Assembly (NCBI GenBank): GCA_965222375.1
Contig: CBDCTZ010000009.1
Location: 192,001 to 256,000 of the forward strand
From: Polyangiaceae bacterium
GTDB lineage: Bacteria > Myxococcota_A > Polyangia > Polyangiales > Polyangiaceae
DNA length: 64,000 nucleotides
Direction of reading: 5' to 3'
Below are positions 17,478 to 28,034 of this stretch, piece by piece (the stretch's first letter is position 1; each line of letters begins with the position of its first letter). The translations under genes and the position numbers were made by a program. Under the pieces are notes generated by a model. The model worked only from the letters and a program-made list of their open reading frames with translations, had not been told where the DNA came from and did not search any database.

Positions 17478-18800
17478 TCAGCCGAAGAGCGGCAGATCCT
17501 CGCCGGGGAGTGGGAAGGCGTTGGCGACTTCGGAATCCGAGATGGTTGCGACTTTGCGAAGTGCGCGGTGAATGGTCTCGGTCTTGATGCGCACGCCATC
17601 TTTGGCGTTGCCCAAGGTGGCGAGAGAGCCGGGATCGACATTCAAGGGCTTCTGATCGGCATCGTTGGTCGCGCCGATGACGCGGTTGCCGGCGATGCCG
17701 GGGCCCATGGCCATCATGCTGGTGATCGACCAGTGATCCTTGCCACCATTGTTTCCGGTGGAGTTGTAGCGGGGCGAACGGCCGAAGTCCGAGGCCATGA
17801 CCACGTAGACCTTGCCGCCCAGGCCCTGGGCCTGGATCTCGTCCATGATGTAGTTCACGCCCGAGAGCAGCTTCTGGATCTGCCGACGCTGATTGGTGTC
17901 GTGGTTGGCGTGAGTATCGAAGCCGCCGATGCTCACGTTCGCGGCGGCAGCCAGCCCGGACTTGAAGGCCGCGATGGCGATCTGCGATTGCTGCATCAGG
18001 CGCTCCAGATCGCCCAAGTTGCCGGGAAGGTCCACGGGGGTGTTGGGCAGCTGCAGATTGGCCAGCTCGTTTTCGCTGAGCCTCGCCAGGTGCAGCTGGT
18101 CCATGCCGAGGCGGACCCGGGGCAGACGCATGTTGCCGGTGAGCTTCTGTAGCCGTGCCGACTGGGCCTGCGCGATGCGATTGAAGGTCTCGTCGGTGTG
18201 GTACTTGTCACCCTGAATGTCGTTGGCGTCGATGGCGTTGGGGAACGCCACCTTGCGCAGGGTGCTAGTGCTGTTCACGCGGGTGAGGGCCACCACGTTC
18301 TGGGTTGAGTCGTAGCCACCGCTGGACAGGAAGGCCATGGGCTTTTCCGGTGCCCGGGCACCTGCGATGAGAGCACCCAGGGCAGGGTAGCCCTCGGGGA
18401 TGCGACCGCACCACATGGCACGGTTGCCCGCGTCGTGGTTGTTGGTGGTGGTGTCGACGCCATTGATCACGCAGAGCTGGTTCCCGAACTTGTTCAGGAA
18501 GGTCTCCGTGCTCATCAAGTGGGACTCTTCGGTGGCGCCCAGGTTGATGGCAGCCACATCCACGGGGATCGGCGCGTAGGAGATGTTGCCCACCTTCTGG
18601 ATGGCAGTCGTGATCCGGTTTTGCTCCGCGTTCGACGTGGGGTCGAAGAGGAAGCGCGGATCCCAACCACCGCCAGCGTTGACCATGATCCAGTAGGGGC
18701 CACCGAAGGGCGCCGCTGCATCCGCGTCACGAGTGAAGACGGGGGCCGTCAGGGCCATCCCGCTGATTGCTGCTGCTTTGAGGAAATTACGTCGCTGCAT
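17478..18800 (-). CDS. Tat-exported DUF1501-family protein
   Basis: MQRRNFLK twin-arginine signal; GGWDP, GGFDTH, SDFGRSP, GKDHW. Confidence 0.9.
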   Translation of the reverse strand: MQRRNFLKAAAISGMALTAPVFTRDADAAAPFGGPYWIMVNAGGGWDPRFLFDPTSNAEQNRITTAIQKVGNISYAPIPVDVAAINLGATEESHLMSTETFLNKFGNQLCVINGVDTTTNNHDAGNRAMWCGRIPEGYPALGALIAGARAPEKPMAFLSSGGYDSTQNVVALTRVNSTSTLRKVAFPNAIDANDIQGDKYHTDETFNRIAQAQSARLQKLTGNMRLPRVRLGMDQLHLARLSENELANLQLPNTPVDLPGNLGDLERLMQQSQIAIAAFKSGLAAAANVSIGGFDTHANHDTNQRRQIQKLLSGVNYIMDEIQAQGLGGKVYVVMASDFGRSPRYNSTGNNGGKDHWSITSMMAMGPGIAGNRVIGATNDADQKPLNVDPGSLATLGNAKDGVRIKTETIHRALRKVATISDSEVANAFPLPGEDLPLFG

Positions 18801-18814
18801 GATCTTCCTCCTCC

Positions 18815-21130
18815 TCACTCGTAGAGAAAACCGTGGTCACTGAGTAGGTAGGTGATGACCGCCATCCACGCGCGCACCGTGTAGTCGGGGTCCTTCTCGA
18901 GCTTCTGCTCGTCAGGCAGATCCGCATCGGTGTACGGGTCCTTCCGAGCACGGCAACGGTAGTTGATGCTCTCGGTCAGCGTGTCCGAAGCGATCTTCGC
19001 TTGGCCCTCCTTGAGGGTCTCGTTGAACAGGTTGTAGGTCGCTGAGATTTCCGGGTCGCTCAGCTGCAGAGTCTCCCCAGTGATGTGAGCGTGCAGGTAC
19101 TGGATGTTCTTCTTGATCGCGTCGGCGTTGGTGTCCGGTGTGTCCTCCACATTGACGTAGGGGAACAAGAAGCGGTCCGCGGGCTTGTCTATCGACAGGT
19201 CCCAGGCCGTGGTCTGACAAGACACCTCGTTGGCCATGCGCCAGGCCACGTTGGCCATGACGCCGTTGGGCGCCGTCAGGCGAACGGTGACGTCGTCGGA
19301 GTCGATGCCGCCGTACAACACTCGGTAGTCCGAGTTCAGGTAGTCGGTCTTGTAGTAGCCGCTACCCTTGCCCCAGGGCAGCCCGGTGACCGCTCGGATC
19401 TTCCTGCTCAGGGATTCCGGAGTCGAAAGCCGGCCCGTGCCGATGATCGACAGCTCCACCGCTCGCGCTGCGCTCGGCTCGCCGACCGTGTTCTTGGCCC
19501 GGAAGTAGGGCGAGAGGATGACGCCCTTGATGACCGTCTTCAGGTTGAAGTTGCTGTCGACGAAGGCGTCGCCAATCTTGCGGAAGAGCGCATCTTGCGC
19601 CTCCCATGCGATGAGCTTTGCGTCAAAGTCCGGATCTTCGCTGGTCGGGTAGATGAGAGGCTCCTGCCCCGTCATCGTGGTGTAGACGGTGTAGACCATC
19701 GACAAGGAGAACCGCGGATCTTGTACGATCCGCTGGGCCAGCCACTGCAGGGACTGGCTGTACTCCGTTGTCGGCATGGTCTCTTTGCCAAAGCCGGGCG
19801 GGAACATTTCCTGGTGCCAGGAGTTGTCGGGCTCGTACTTCTCCTGGTCGTTGTCGTCGAACTTCTGGAACGCGCCTGCGATGGGGTCCATCATCCGGTG
19901 GCAGACGTTGCAGCCCGGATCTTCCCGCGGGGGGTTGTTGTAGGCCGTGGCGGCCAGCGGATCGATGGGGCGCTCGGCGATGCGCAAGATGTCCGTTGCG
20001 AGGAAGAACTTCAGCACCTTGCGGGCGCGGTGACGATTGACGTTGGTGGGCGTAGTGGGAAAGCGATTGAGCCATATGGGGCTCGAAAGTACGCCGGCGT
20101 GGGGAAGCTCTTGGGGTGAGCCGTCCACGATGGGGCGGATCTTGCCGGGCTTCCACTCGCCCGGGTCGTTCGGATCATCGAACTTGATGTTGGCGTTGAA
20201 GATCCGAGCGCTGTCCGGATTCATCAGCGTGTAGTCCGCCGTCAGCACCTCCGTGAAGGGACGATCGTTCTTCACGATGTAGGCGATGAGCTCCAAGGGC
20301 TCCCGACCAACGGCTTTGTTGATGGGCGACTTTTGAGTGGAATCCAGGTTCTCGAACCAGACGTCCCCGGACTGGGGGTACTGATCGTCATTCAGCAAGC
20401 TGACCGCGTAGCTGCTGTAACCGAGGTAGCGATCCGTCAGCAGGACGTCGTTGAAGGTCTCTTTGATCCACTCGAAGAAGGCGTCCTCCTTCATCAGCTC
20501 GTCCAGCAAAGGCTGCAAGGAGGCTTCGCCTTCGGTGATGATGCGATCGATTTCCACCGCGTTGGGCAGCCGACCGGCGAGCTGCAAGGTCGAGCGCCGG
20601 AACGTGGTGAGGGTGTCGTGAAGTACGACGTCGTCGAAGCCTTTGACCGTGCTGCCGCCTTCGCAGAAGTCGTCGGACTTCACCAGTGAGATGAACTCCT
20701 TCAAACTGGCGTACTCGGGGCTGCTCGGGTCGATGGCCTTGCCGCCGCCATGCTCGAGCTCTCCGACGGGCTTGCGCACGAGAACGCTCTTGCCGTCGAA
20801 TTCGGTCTTGGCGAATTGCTTGGCCGCCGCCAAGTTCGCGTCGATGAAGCCGGGATAGGAGGGGGGCAGAAGCGTGAACTCTGCACCCTCTTCATCCGCC
20901 TGTCCGCCCGGCGCATGGCACTTCTGACACGTGTTGCCAAACACGCCTGCTTGCACCTTCTTGGCGAAGTAGTCGCGCTCGCTGAGACACTGACCGGTCG
21001 TGCCGGTCGTTCCGCTCTTTTCGTCGCTTTCGCTCGAACAACCCGCACCAACTGCAGCGCTGGCTAGTACTGCACAAAGCAGCCCGGGTACCGTGTTCCA
21101 CTTTCGCATCCTGCGCGCGTCTCGTGACAT
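18815..21130 (-). CDS. Cytochrome-c-type lipoprotein with DUF1592/DUF1588-like domains
   Basis: Lipobox GAGC; two CxxCH motifs (CQKCH, CNVCH); HAGVLS, MDPIAGAFQKFD; overlaps the RBS of the DUF1501 gene. Confidence 0.8.
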   Translation of the reverse strand: MSRDARRMRKWNTVPGLLCAVLASAAVGAGCSSESDEKSGTTGTTGQCLSERDYFAKKVQAGVFGNTCQKCHAPGGQADEEGAEFTLLPPSYPGFIDANLAAAKQFAKTEFDGKSVLVRKPVGELEHGGGKAIDPSSPEYASLKEFISLVKSDDFCEGGSTVKGFDDVVLHDTLTTFRRSTLQLAGRLPNAVEIDRIITEGEASLQPLLDELMKEDAFFEWIKETFNDVLLTDRYLGYSSYAVSLLNDDQYPQSGDVWFENLDSTQKSPINKAVGREPLELIAYIVKNDRPFTEVLTADYTLMNPDSARIFNANIKFDDPNDPGEWKPGKIRPIVDGSPQELPHAGVLSSPIWLNRFPTTPTNVNRHRARKVLKFFLATDILRIAERPIDPLAATAYNNPPREDPGCNVCHRMMDPIAGAFQKFDDNDQEKYEPDNSWHQEMFPPGFGKETMPTTEYSQSLQWLAQRIVQDPRFSLSMVYTVYTTMTGQEPLIYPTSEDPDFDAKLIAWEAQDALFRKIGDAFVDSNFNLKTVIKGVILSPYFRAKNTVGEPSAARAVELSIIGTGRLSTPESLSRKIRAVTGLPWGKGSGYYKTDYLNSDYRVLYGGIDSDDVTVRLTAPNGVMANVAWRMANEVSCQTTAWDLSIDKPADRFLFPYVNVEDTPDTNADAIKKNIQYLHAHITGETLQLSDPEISATYNLFNETLKEGQAKIASDTLTESINYRCRARKDPYTDADLPDEQKLEKDPDYTVRAWMAVITYLLSDHGFLYE

Positions 21131-21328
21131 TCGCCCGCTCCTTGCGCTCAGCGGGATGACAGGTGGCCGCCGAGCCCTTAAGAAGATACGATTCGCCTAT
21201 GACTTCCGTCAATTGGGACTCAGATCGTCACATGCGACGTGTCGTGTCACGGAGTGTCGCACCGACACGAGAACACAATGTAGGTCTTGCCAGGTCCTGC
21301 AGGTTGTCGCCCTGAGATTGTTGCGGAC

Positions 21329-21697
21329 TCAGTCGATGAGGACAGGGTCGCCGGGCATCAGTCCCAAGCTGCGCCACGCACTTTCCAAGCGACTCTTGTC
21401 GAGCGCGGACAGTCGGTCCGGATCTTGTCCAAGCTCATGACGCGTGCGGCCGAGCCAACGACTCGCCAGCTTTGCGTTGCCAAGCGCCAGGTGCGTGAGT
21501 CCGCGGTACAGGCAGTAGCGAGTGCGCGCGTCGGGCTCGAAGTGCTGCGCGTCCGCCTCCATGCGCTCGAGGGCCTCGAGGGACTCCGGGTAGTTCGTGC
21601 TCTCGAAATGGTCGATGGAGCGACCCATGGATCCGCCGCACGCCGTGGTCAGCAGCAGCGCCGCCAACAGGAAAGTCCAATGCCCTTTGCTCTGCAT
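21329..21697 (-). CDS. Small lipoprotein (TPR-like helices)
   Basis: LLLTTAC lipobox; YCLYRGLTHLALGN. Confidence 0.7.
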   Translation of the reverse strand: MQSKGHWTFLLAALLLTTACGGSMGRSIDHFESTNYPESLEALERMEADAQHFEPDARTRYCLYRGLTHLALGNAKLASRWLGRTRHELGQDPDRLSALDKSRLESAWRSLGLMPGDPVLID

Positions 21698-21779
21698 GAT
21701 GAGCGCTGTTTCGGGCGCTGGCCGGGCCAGTTGCGTGTTTTTTTCCGTGGGGAGGCTGGCCTCGGACTATACGGCGGAC

Positions 21780-22334
21780 ATGGTCGATAGCGCGCCCGCG
21801 GGCTTGGCCCACAACCTGAAACACCTGCGAGAGTTGCGCGGGCTCAGCCAGCAGGGTCTTGCTGACGTATCCGGCGTGCCCCGGCCGACCGTGGCGCACC
21901 TCGAGAGCGGCACCGCGAACCCGACCCTGAGCGTGTTGCTCAAGGTGGCGGCAGCGTTGCAAGTCGGGCTCGGTGAGATCGTCGGCGAAGCGAAAGACAG
22001 CGTGCGCCACTACCCGGCGCGTGCGCTGCGACGCCGGACCCGGGGCAAGGCGCGGATCTGCGACGTGCTTCCCGACGCGCCGAGCGGGCTTTCCCTGGAG
22101 CGGCTGGAGCTGCCCGCGGGCGGCCAGGTCGCGAGCCGTAGCGGTGGGCCCGGCACGCGGCGCTACGTGACCTGTGAGAGTGGTGAAGTCGAGCTGGCCG
22201 TGGGCGATGGCGTGTGGCGACTCAAGGTCGGTGAAGTGCTGCGCTTCGACGGCTGTCAGGGCGCTAGCTACGTGAATCGTACGCGGCGCAAGGCGGTGTG
22301 CTACAGCGTCACCGCGCCAGCCGCCTTGGGCTGA
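21780..22334 (+). CDS. XRE-family transcriptional regulator with cupin domain
   Basis: LRELRGLSQQGLADVSGVPRPTVAHLESG.ANPTL; C-terminal cupin (SGEVEL, LKVGEVLRF, YVN). Confidence 0.9.
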   Translation: MVDSAPAGLAHNLKHLRELRGLSQQGLADVSGVPRPTVAHLESGTANPTLSVLLKVAAALQVGLGEIVGEAKDSVRHYPARALRRRTRGKARICDVLPDAPSGLSLERLELPAGGQVASRSGGPGTRRYVTCESGEVELAVGDGVWRLKVGEVLRFDGCQGASYVNRTRRKAVCYSVTAPAALG

Positions 22335-22346
22335 GCTTTCTTATCC

Positions 22347-24170
22347 ATGAGCCAAAAAAATCTCAGAAACGTGGCCATCATTGCCCACGTCGATCACGGC
22401 AAGACCACCCTCGTCGACGCCATGCTGCGCCAGACCGGCGCCCTCAAGAACGTCGAGGTCCAGACGGACCGGGTGCTCGATTCCGGGGATCTGGAACGCG
22501 AACGCGGGATCACGATTTTCGCCAAGCACGCCAGCGTCGTCTACGACTCCACGGTCATCAACATCATCGACACTCCTGGCCACGCCGACTTTGGCGCCGA
22601 GGTCGAGCGCACCCTGAAGATGGCCGACGGGGCACTGCTCTTGGTCGACGCCGCTGAAGGCCCCTTGCCGCAGACTCGATTCGTGCTCAAGAAAGCCATC
22701 GAGCTCGGCCTGAGGGTCGTGGTGGTGATCAACAAGATCGACCGGGGAGACGCCCGCGCCGAAGAGGTCTTGGACGAGGTCTTCGCCCTGTTCTGCGACT
22801 TGGACGCGACCGATGAGCAGGCAGCGTTCCCGGTGTTGTATGCCATCGGCAAGCACGGCATCGCGCGCAAGGCACTGTCCGACACGGGCGAAGATCTGGT
22901 GCCGCTGTTTCGCACCCTCATCGACGAAGTGCCCGAGCCCCGACTGCTGCCCGGCGACGAATTGTGCCTGTTGGTGCACAACGTGGAGCACGACGACTAC
23001 GTTGGGCGCCTGGCCATCGCTCGGGTGTGGTCCGGTGCTCTGAAGGTCGGCAGCGAAGTCGAGTTGATCGGAGAGAGCAAACGCCAGCGCGCGCGGCTGT
23101 CGAGCGTCTTCAAGTGGGAGGGCACGCGCCGAGTCAAGGTGGATGAAGCCTCGGCAGGGGACATCATCGCCATCGCGGGCATGGAGGGCGTGCAGATCGG
23201 AGACACGGTTGCGGCGCCGGGGCGATCCGAAGCCCTGCCGAGGATCTCGGTGGAAGAGCCGACCCTGAAGATCAGTTTTGGCGTCAACACCTCGCCCATG
23301 GCCGGCAAGAGCGGGCGCTGGGTGACGAGCCGTCACCTGCGCGAGCGTTTGGAGCGAGAAGCCAAAAAAAACTTGTCGCTGCGCGTCGAGGCCACGGACG
23401 AGCCGGACAACTTCGTCGTCTACGGCCGCGGCGAGCTGATGTTGGCCGTGCTGGCCGAAACCATGCGCCGAGAGGGCTACGAGCTCGCCCTCGGCATGCC
23501 CGAGGTCGTGGTCCGCGTGATAGATGGCGCGCGCATGGAGCCCGTGGAGCGGGTCGTGGTCGACGTGCCCGAGGAGCACATCGGCGTGGTCACCAAGCGC
23601 CTTGGCGAACGCCGCGGGCAGATGTTGAAGATGCAACCCGTGGGAGCCGAGCGCGTCCGCCTCGAGTTTCGGGTGCCCTCGCGCGGTCTGATCGGATTTC
23701 GATCCGACTTGCTGACGGAAACCCGGGGCACGGCACTGCTCAATACCTTCTTGGACGGCTGGGAGCCCTACGCCGGACCCATGCTGCGCCGAAAAACCGG
23801 CGCCATGGTCGCCGATCGCCCTGGCACCACTACGCCCTACGCTTTGTTCAACCTGCAGCCCCGGGGAGTTCTCTTCGTCGGTCCGAACACCGGCGTCTAC
23901 GAGGGCATGATCGTGGGCGAGCACAATCGCGCCAATGACCTGGACGTGAACGTGACCAAGGAAAAGAAGCTGACCAATATCCGCGCAGCCGGTCGCGACG
24001 AAAATGTGGCCCTGACGCCGCCCCGCAATCTGTCCATCGATACCGCGCTGGAGTTCATCGATCGCGACGAACTGGTCGAAGTCACTCCCGACGCCGTACG
24101 CGTTCGTAAGCGCGTCCTGGGTCAAGCCCGCCGCCCACGTCGAGACAGCGAACTGCCTCCCGCGCCCTGA
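22347..24170 (+). CDS. typA: Translational GTPase TypA/BipA
   Basis: AIIAHVDHGKTTLVD, ERERGITI, DTPGHADF, GRGEL, KEKKLTNIRA. Confidence 0.97.
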   Translation: MSQKNLRNVAIIAHVDHGKTTLVDAMLRQTGALKNVEVQTDRVLDSGDLERERGITIFAKHASVVYDSTVINIIDTPGHADFGAEVERTLKMADGALLLVDAAEGPLPQTRFVLKKAIELGLRVVVVINKIDRGDARAEEVLDEVFALFCDLDATDEQAAFPVLYAIGKHGIARKALSDTGEDLVPLFRTLIDEVPEPRLLPGDELCLLVHNVEHDDYVGRLAIARVWSGALKVGSEVELIGESKRQRARLSSVFKWEGTRRVKVDEASAGDIIAIAGMEGVQIGDTVAAPGRSEALPRISVEEPTLKISFGVNTSPMAGKSGRWVTSRHLRERLEREAKKNLSLRVEATDEPDNFVVYGRGELMLAVLAETMRREGYELALGMPEVVVRVIDGARMEPVERVVVDVPEEHIGVVTKRLGERRGQMLKMQPVGAERVRLEFRVPSRGLIGFRSDLLTETRGTALLNTFLDGWEPYAGPMLRRKTGAMVADRPGTTTPYALFNLQPRGVLFVGPNTGVYEGMIVGEHNRANDLDVNVTKEKKLTNIRAAGRDENVALTPPRNLSIDTALEFIDRDELVEVTPDAVRVRKRVLGQARRPRRDSELPPAP

Positions 24171-24178
24171 CGTCGGAT

Positions 24179-24629
24179 CTATTCCAACTTGCCCGCTCGA
24201 ATCGCTTCTAGGGCCTCCGCATCAGCGAGATCCTCCGTTCGACCCGAGGCGCGCTTGTTCGCGATTTGCGCCGCTATGCCGATGAACCGCACGCTTTCGC
24301 CGCCGAAGCGGCCCACCGTTGCGTCTGAGATCGCTTCTTCAAAGCTCAGCCCATCGATAGACGTCATGATGTCGATCCTCAAAGGCGGCAATCCGATCTG
24401 ATAGACACATCCCGCCTTCTCGAAGTCACGCGGCGAGACTCCGTGTGCCTGAACTGGGGCACCAAAGTCGACCAAGGCTCGGTACACGCGCGCGGAGTTC
24501 TCTGGCTCGGGCTTGACGAGGATGTCAATGTCCTGAGTTGCACGAGGGTGCCCGTTGGCCGCCAATGCGTAGGCACCAACGATGATGAACTCGCAGCCCG
24601 CAGCCCGCAGCACTCAACGCGCGGATCAT
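24179..24629 (-). CDS. Minimal nucleotidyltransferase (DUF6036-like); native start frameshifted, alternative GTG at 24613
   Basis: IIVGAYALA..GHPRATQDIDI, RIDIMTSIDG, NKRASGR.EDLAD; a 7-nt duplication at 24593-24606 breaks the frame from ATG 24629. Confidence 0.8.
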
Positions 24630-24877
24630 GTCCGTGTAGTCTTCAGGAGGTTGGCTCTCGGCTTGCGAATGATGCGCCCCGGAATGTCCTCACGACCATA
24701 GCGGGGCATTGGGTTGCCGGTGATGGCCCACATCTCCTGGGATAGTCGCAGCGCGACGCCTATGCGTTCGGCAACGGAAAGCCCACTGTAGCTGTTCGCC
24801 CCGGGTTCCTCCCCCAGGCGGTAGCGCCGAATCGTCCAGTTCGCTCGAGCTCTTCGGCGCTCCATCGCGTCGGTCAT
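24626..24877 (-). CDS. Small partner protein of the nucleotidyltransferase
   Basis: LSVAERI..A.RLS..MW; ATGA stop/start overlap with the downstream gene. Confidence 0.65.
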   Translation of the reverse strand: MTDAMERRRARANWTIRRYRLGEEPGANSYSGLSVAERIGVALRLSQEMWAITGNPMPRYGREDIPGRIIRKPRANLLKTTRT

Positions 24878-25114
24878 GCTCGATTCTACCACGCGAACGA
24901 CTTCCTCGCTGAACGCACGCGGGACCAACGCGGAGTCGGCCGCCCCAGCGGGGCGTGCAAGGCGTGCGGGAAGCGCGAGATCGGGCCGCGCGCCGTACTA
25001 GGGAGCAAGAGATCCGAACAGACCACAAATAACCTCTGGCTTCCCAACCTTTCCGCCTTCCTGCTTACCGCTGCATCGAAGTTGCGCGAGGGCGCGGGTA
25101 GACAGGTTGGTCGC

Positions 25115-26875
25115 CTAGTTCCTCAGGGCGTCGTCGGTCGCGGTCCAGGTTGGAGCCGTAGTGGCGTCGCTGAGCTCAGGGTTTTCTTTTGTGTGGGTGG
25201 GGTCGGGGGCACTTTGTAGCTCCTTGCTGACGGCGCCGGAGGCTTGGAGCATGCACAAGATCCGATCGAGCAACGGCCGCGTGGAGTCCCGGGTCAGGGC
25301 ACAGAGGGCGACGTCGTCCATGCGCGCCTGCAAGGTGGTTTGCTGCTCCTGATCCAGAAGGTCGGTCTTGTTCCACACGACCAAGCGCGGAATGTCGTCC
25401 AAGCCCAGCTCTTTGAGCAGCTTGCGCGTGGTCTTTTCGTGTTCGTCGTGTTCCGGATCCGAAGCGTCCAAGATTTCCAACAGCAGGTCGGCGTCGCGGG
25501 CCTCTTCGAAGGTCGCGCGGAAAGCTGCGAACAGGTCTCGGGGCATTTCCCGAATGAAGCCTACGGTGTCGCTGAGCACGGCGTAGACGCCATCGGCCAG
25601 GCGAAGCTGCCGCGCGCGGGTGTCCAGGGTGGCGAATAGGCGGTTTTCGGCGAGCACGCCGGCATTGGTCAGGGTGTTGAGCAGGGTGCTCTTGCCGGCG
25701 TTGGTGTAGCCGACGATGGCGACCACGGGCGCTTCGGAGCGCTCGCGACGCCGCCGGCGCTGGGCGCGCTGCTTGGCCAGGTGCGTCATTTCCTTTTCCA
25801 AGCGCGTCAATCGCTCTCGAGCGCGGCGGCGTCCGATCTCCAGCGTCGTTTCACCGGGTCCGCGCCCCCCGATGCCGCCCGTCAGCCGGCTGAGGGCGTC
25901 GTCTTTCTGAGAAAGCCGAGGCAGGGAGTACTTGAGCTGGGCGAGCTCGACCTGCACCTTGCCATCTCGGGTCTCCGCGCGTTGGGCAAAGATGTCCAAG
26001 ATGATCTGCGTGCGGTCGAGAACTTTGAGATCTGTCTGCTGTGCGATGCCGCTGGCTTGGGCGGGGGACAGTTCCAAATCGAAGATCAGCGTCTCGGCGT
26101 CCAGCTCGATGGCGCGCATGACCACTTCTTCGAGCTTGCCTTTGCCCAGGACGAACTTGGGATCGATCCGGTCTCGTAGCTGCACCACTTGATGCACGAT
26201 TTCGACGCCCGCGGTTTCCGCCAGGCTCAGCAGTTCCCGCAGTCGTGCTCGAGCGCGCCGCTGTCCGCCACGACGGCGCTTTTCGCCAACGTGGACCAAG
26301 ATCGCCCGGCCATCCTTGGCTCGGACCTCGCGGGTGCGCGCTTGCTCGGCAAACTCTCGCTCCAGGGCCGTGATGAGCTCGCCGAAGTGCGGTCCGGGCT
26401 TGCCCCAGGGCACAGGCCCAGTGACTTCGAAGGGATCGCCTTGTCCGGCGCGGGTTGGGACGTTGTAGGCCCAGGTCCAGGACTTGGGATCGCCCTCGGG
26501 GGACAGCAGGATCGCCGCGACGAGATCCAGACGCAGTCGGGTGAGATCGACCAGATCGTCGCGGGTTAGCCCTTCGTTGAAGAGGTGGGTGTGCACCAGG
26601 CGCAGGGCGCGAAAACGACCCGCGGCGGCGCGCAAGCGACCGATGTCCGGCAACATCAAACCCGTGGGGCTGCCCACGATCACGCTGTCCACGTCTCCGG
26701 AGCGATGCACCAGTGCGCCGACCTGCCGGCCTGACTGGCGCGAGGCGTCCGACAGCGAGCGGGCTAGCTCGAGGGTCAGGATGCGATCGAGGGGGACTCG
26801 GCGGCGATAGATGCGCTCGAGGGCCTTGAGGGCGCTGGGCGCGAGGCCTGCTGTGTTGCCGTGGATCTTGGGCAT
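25115..26875 (-). CDS. hflX: GTPase HflX (long form)
   Basis: LDIFAQRA, GGIGGRGPGET, VGYTNAGKSTL, LFATLD, DTVGFI, NKTD. Confidence 0.95.
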   Translation of the reverse strand: MPKIHGNTAGLAPSALKALERIYRRRVPLDRILTLELARSLSDASRQSGRQVGALVHRSGDVDSVIVGSPTGLMLPDIGRLRAAAGRFRALRLVHTHLFNEGLTRDDLVDLTRLRLDLVAAILLSPEGDPKSWTWAYNVPTRAGQGDPFEVTGPVPWGKPGPHFGELITALEREFAEQARTREVRAKDGRAILVHVGEKRRRGGQRRARARLRELLSLAETAGVEIVHQVVQLRDRIDPKFVLGKGKLEEVVMRAIELDAETLIFDLELSPAQASGIAQQTDLKVLDRTQIILDIFAQRAETRDGKVQVELAQLKYSLPRLSQKDDALSRLTGGIGGRGPGETTLEIGRRRARERLTRLEKEMTHLAKQRAQRRRRRERSEAPVVAIVGYTNAGKSTLLNTLTNAGVLAENRLFATLDTRARQLRLADGVYAVLSDTVGFIREMPRDLFAAFRATFEEARDADLLLEILDASDPEHDEHEKTTRKLLKELGLDDIPRLVVWNKTDLLDQEQQTTLQARMDDVALCALTRDSTRPLLDRILCMLQASGAVSKELQSAPDPTHTKENPELSDATTAPTWTATDDALRN

Positions 26876-26999
26876 ACGTGGCTGGGCTGATCCCAGGGCT
26901 GCCAAGCCTAGCAGTCTTGGGTCGAAGCACACCTGTACAATCCGCGCGGGGTGCAGGTTTGGTGGATTTCTCGGGATGGGCTAACCAAGGCGTCTGTTC

Positions 27000-27947
27000 A
27001 TGGCGCTGCTGACCCCAATGAGTGAAGAGGAAGGCAGGCGGCTGCTTGCGCCCTTGGGCATCACGCAGCCCAGCCTGCAACCCCTCGAGGCCGGCAGCGT
27101 GAATTCGAATTTTGCCGTCGACGTGGGGGGCAAGCGCAAGTTCTTCCTTCGTGTGTACGAAGAGCAGGGCGCGGCAGGTGCCCGGACGGAGCTTCGCATA
27201 CTCGAGCAGCTGGCCGCCGCCGGTGTACCCGTCGCGCCCGCCTTCGCCGTCGACGGAGCGGCCTGGCTGGGTAGCCACCGGGCCAAACCCGTGGCGCTCT
27301 TCCCCTGGGTGGCCGGCGAGATCGCCTGTCAGCGCATGGTGGATGCGGCTCGCTGCCAGCAGGTTGGGCGCGCCCTGGCGACGATCCACCGCGCAGGAGT
27401 AACCGACGTTCCGGCTGGGAGGTTCGGTCCGGACGACATTCGCGCGCGGCTGTCACGGGTGGAGGCCGAGTCCGCAACCCTGGCACCCGTCGCGCGTGAG
27501 ACTCGCAGGCGCCTCGACTCACTGTGCCATCGTCGCGATGACGGCTTGCCCGCGGGACTGATCCACGGCGACCTATTCCGCGACAACGTGTTGTGGAATG
27601 GAGACCGCATCAACGCGCTCTTGGATTTCGAGAGCGCGAGCCATGGTTCTTTCGTGTACGACTTGGCGGTATGCGTGCACGCCTGGTGTTTCGGACAGCA
27701 ATTCGATCCAAAGTTGGTTCACGCGCTTGGCGCTGGCTATGCGGCCGTGCGGCGCTTGTCACCTCGAGAGCTCGACGCATTCTCCGGCGAAGCGGCCATC
27801 GCGGCGCTGCGCTTCGTGGCCACGCGGATGACCGACTACTCGCTGCGCGCCGCGCCGGGGCAGCCCCCCCTGCGGGACTACAATCGCTTTCTCGAGCGTT
27901 ATTCCGTGGCGGCGTCGGGCCAGCTCGCGCAGATGCTCGGGGATTAG
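27000..27947 (+). CDS. thrB: Homoserine kinase type II (APH fold)
   Basis: MALLTP, GSVNSNF, LPAGLIHGDLFRDNVLW, LDF, ALRF..TR. Confidence 0.88.
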   Translation: MALLTPMSEEEGRRLLAPLGITQPSLQPLEAGSVNSNFAVDVGGKRKFFLRVYEEQGAAGARTELRILEQLAAAGVPVAPAFAVDGAAWLGSHRAKPVALFPWVAGEIACQRMVDAARCQQVGRALATIHRAGVTDVPAGRFGPDDIRARLSRVEAESATLAPVARETRRRLDSLCHRRDDGLPAGLIHGDLFRDNVLWNGDRINALLDFESASHGSFVYDLAVCVHAWCFGQQFDPKLVHALGAGYAAVRRLSPRELDAFSGEAAIAALRFVATRMTDYSLRAAPGQPPLRDYNRFLERYSVAASGQLAQMLGD

Positions 27948-28034
27948 GCGGGAGTTTTGGGCTCTCGCGTTGCGCGGATCCGGACGCAGACTTAGGTTGA
28001 AGGGGAAGCTTTTCACGGAAGGTTGTAAGCACGC

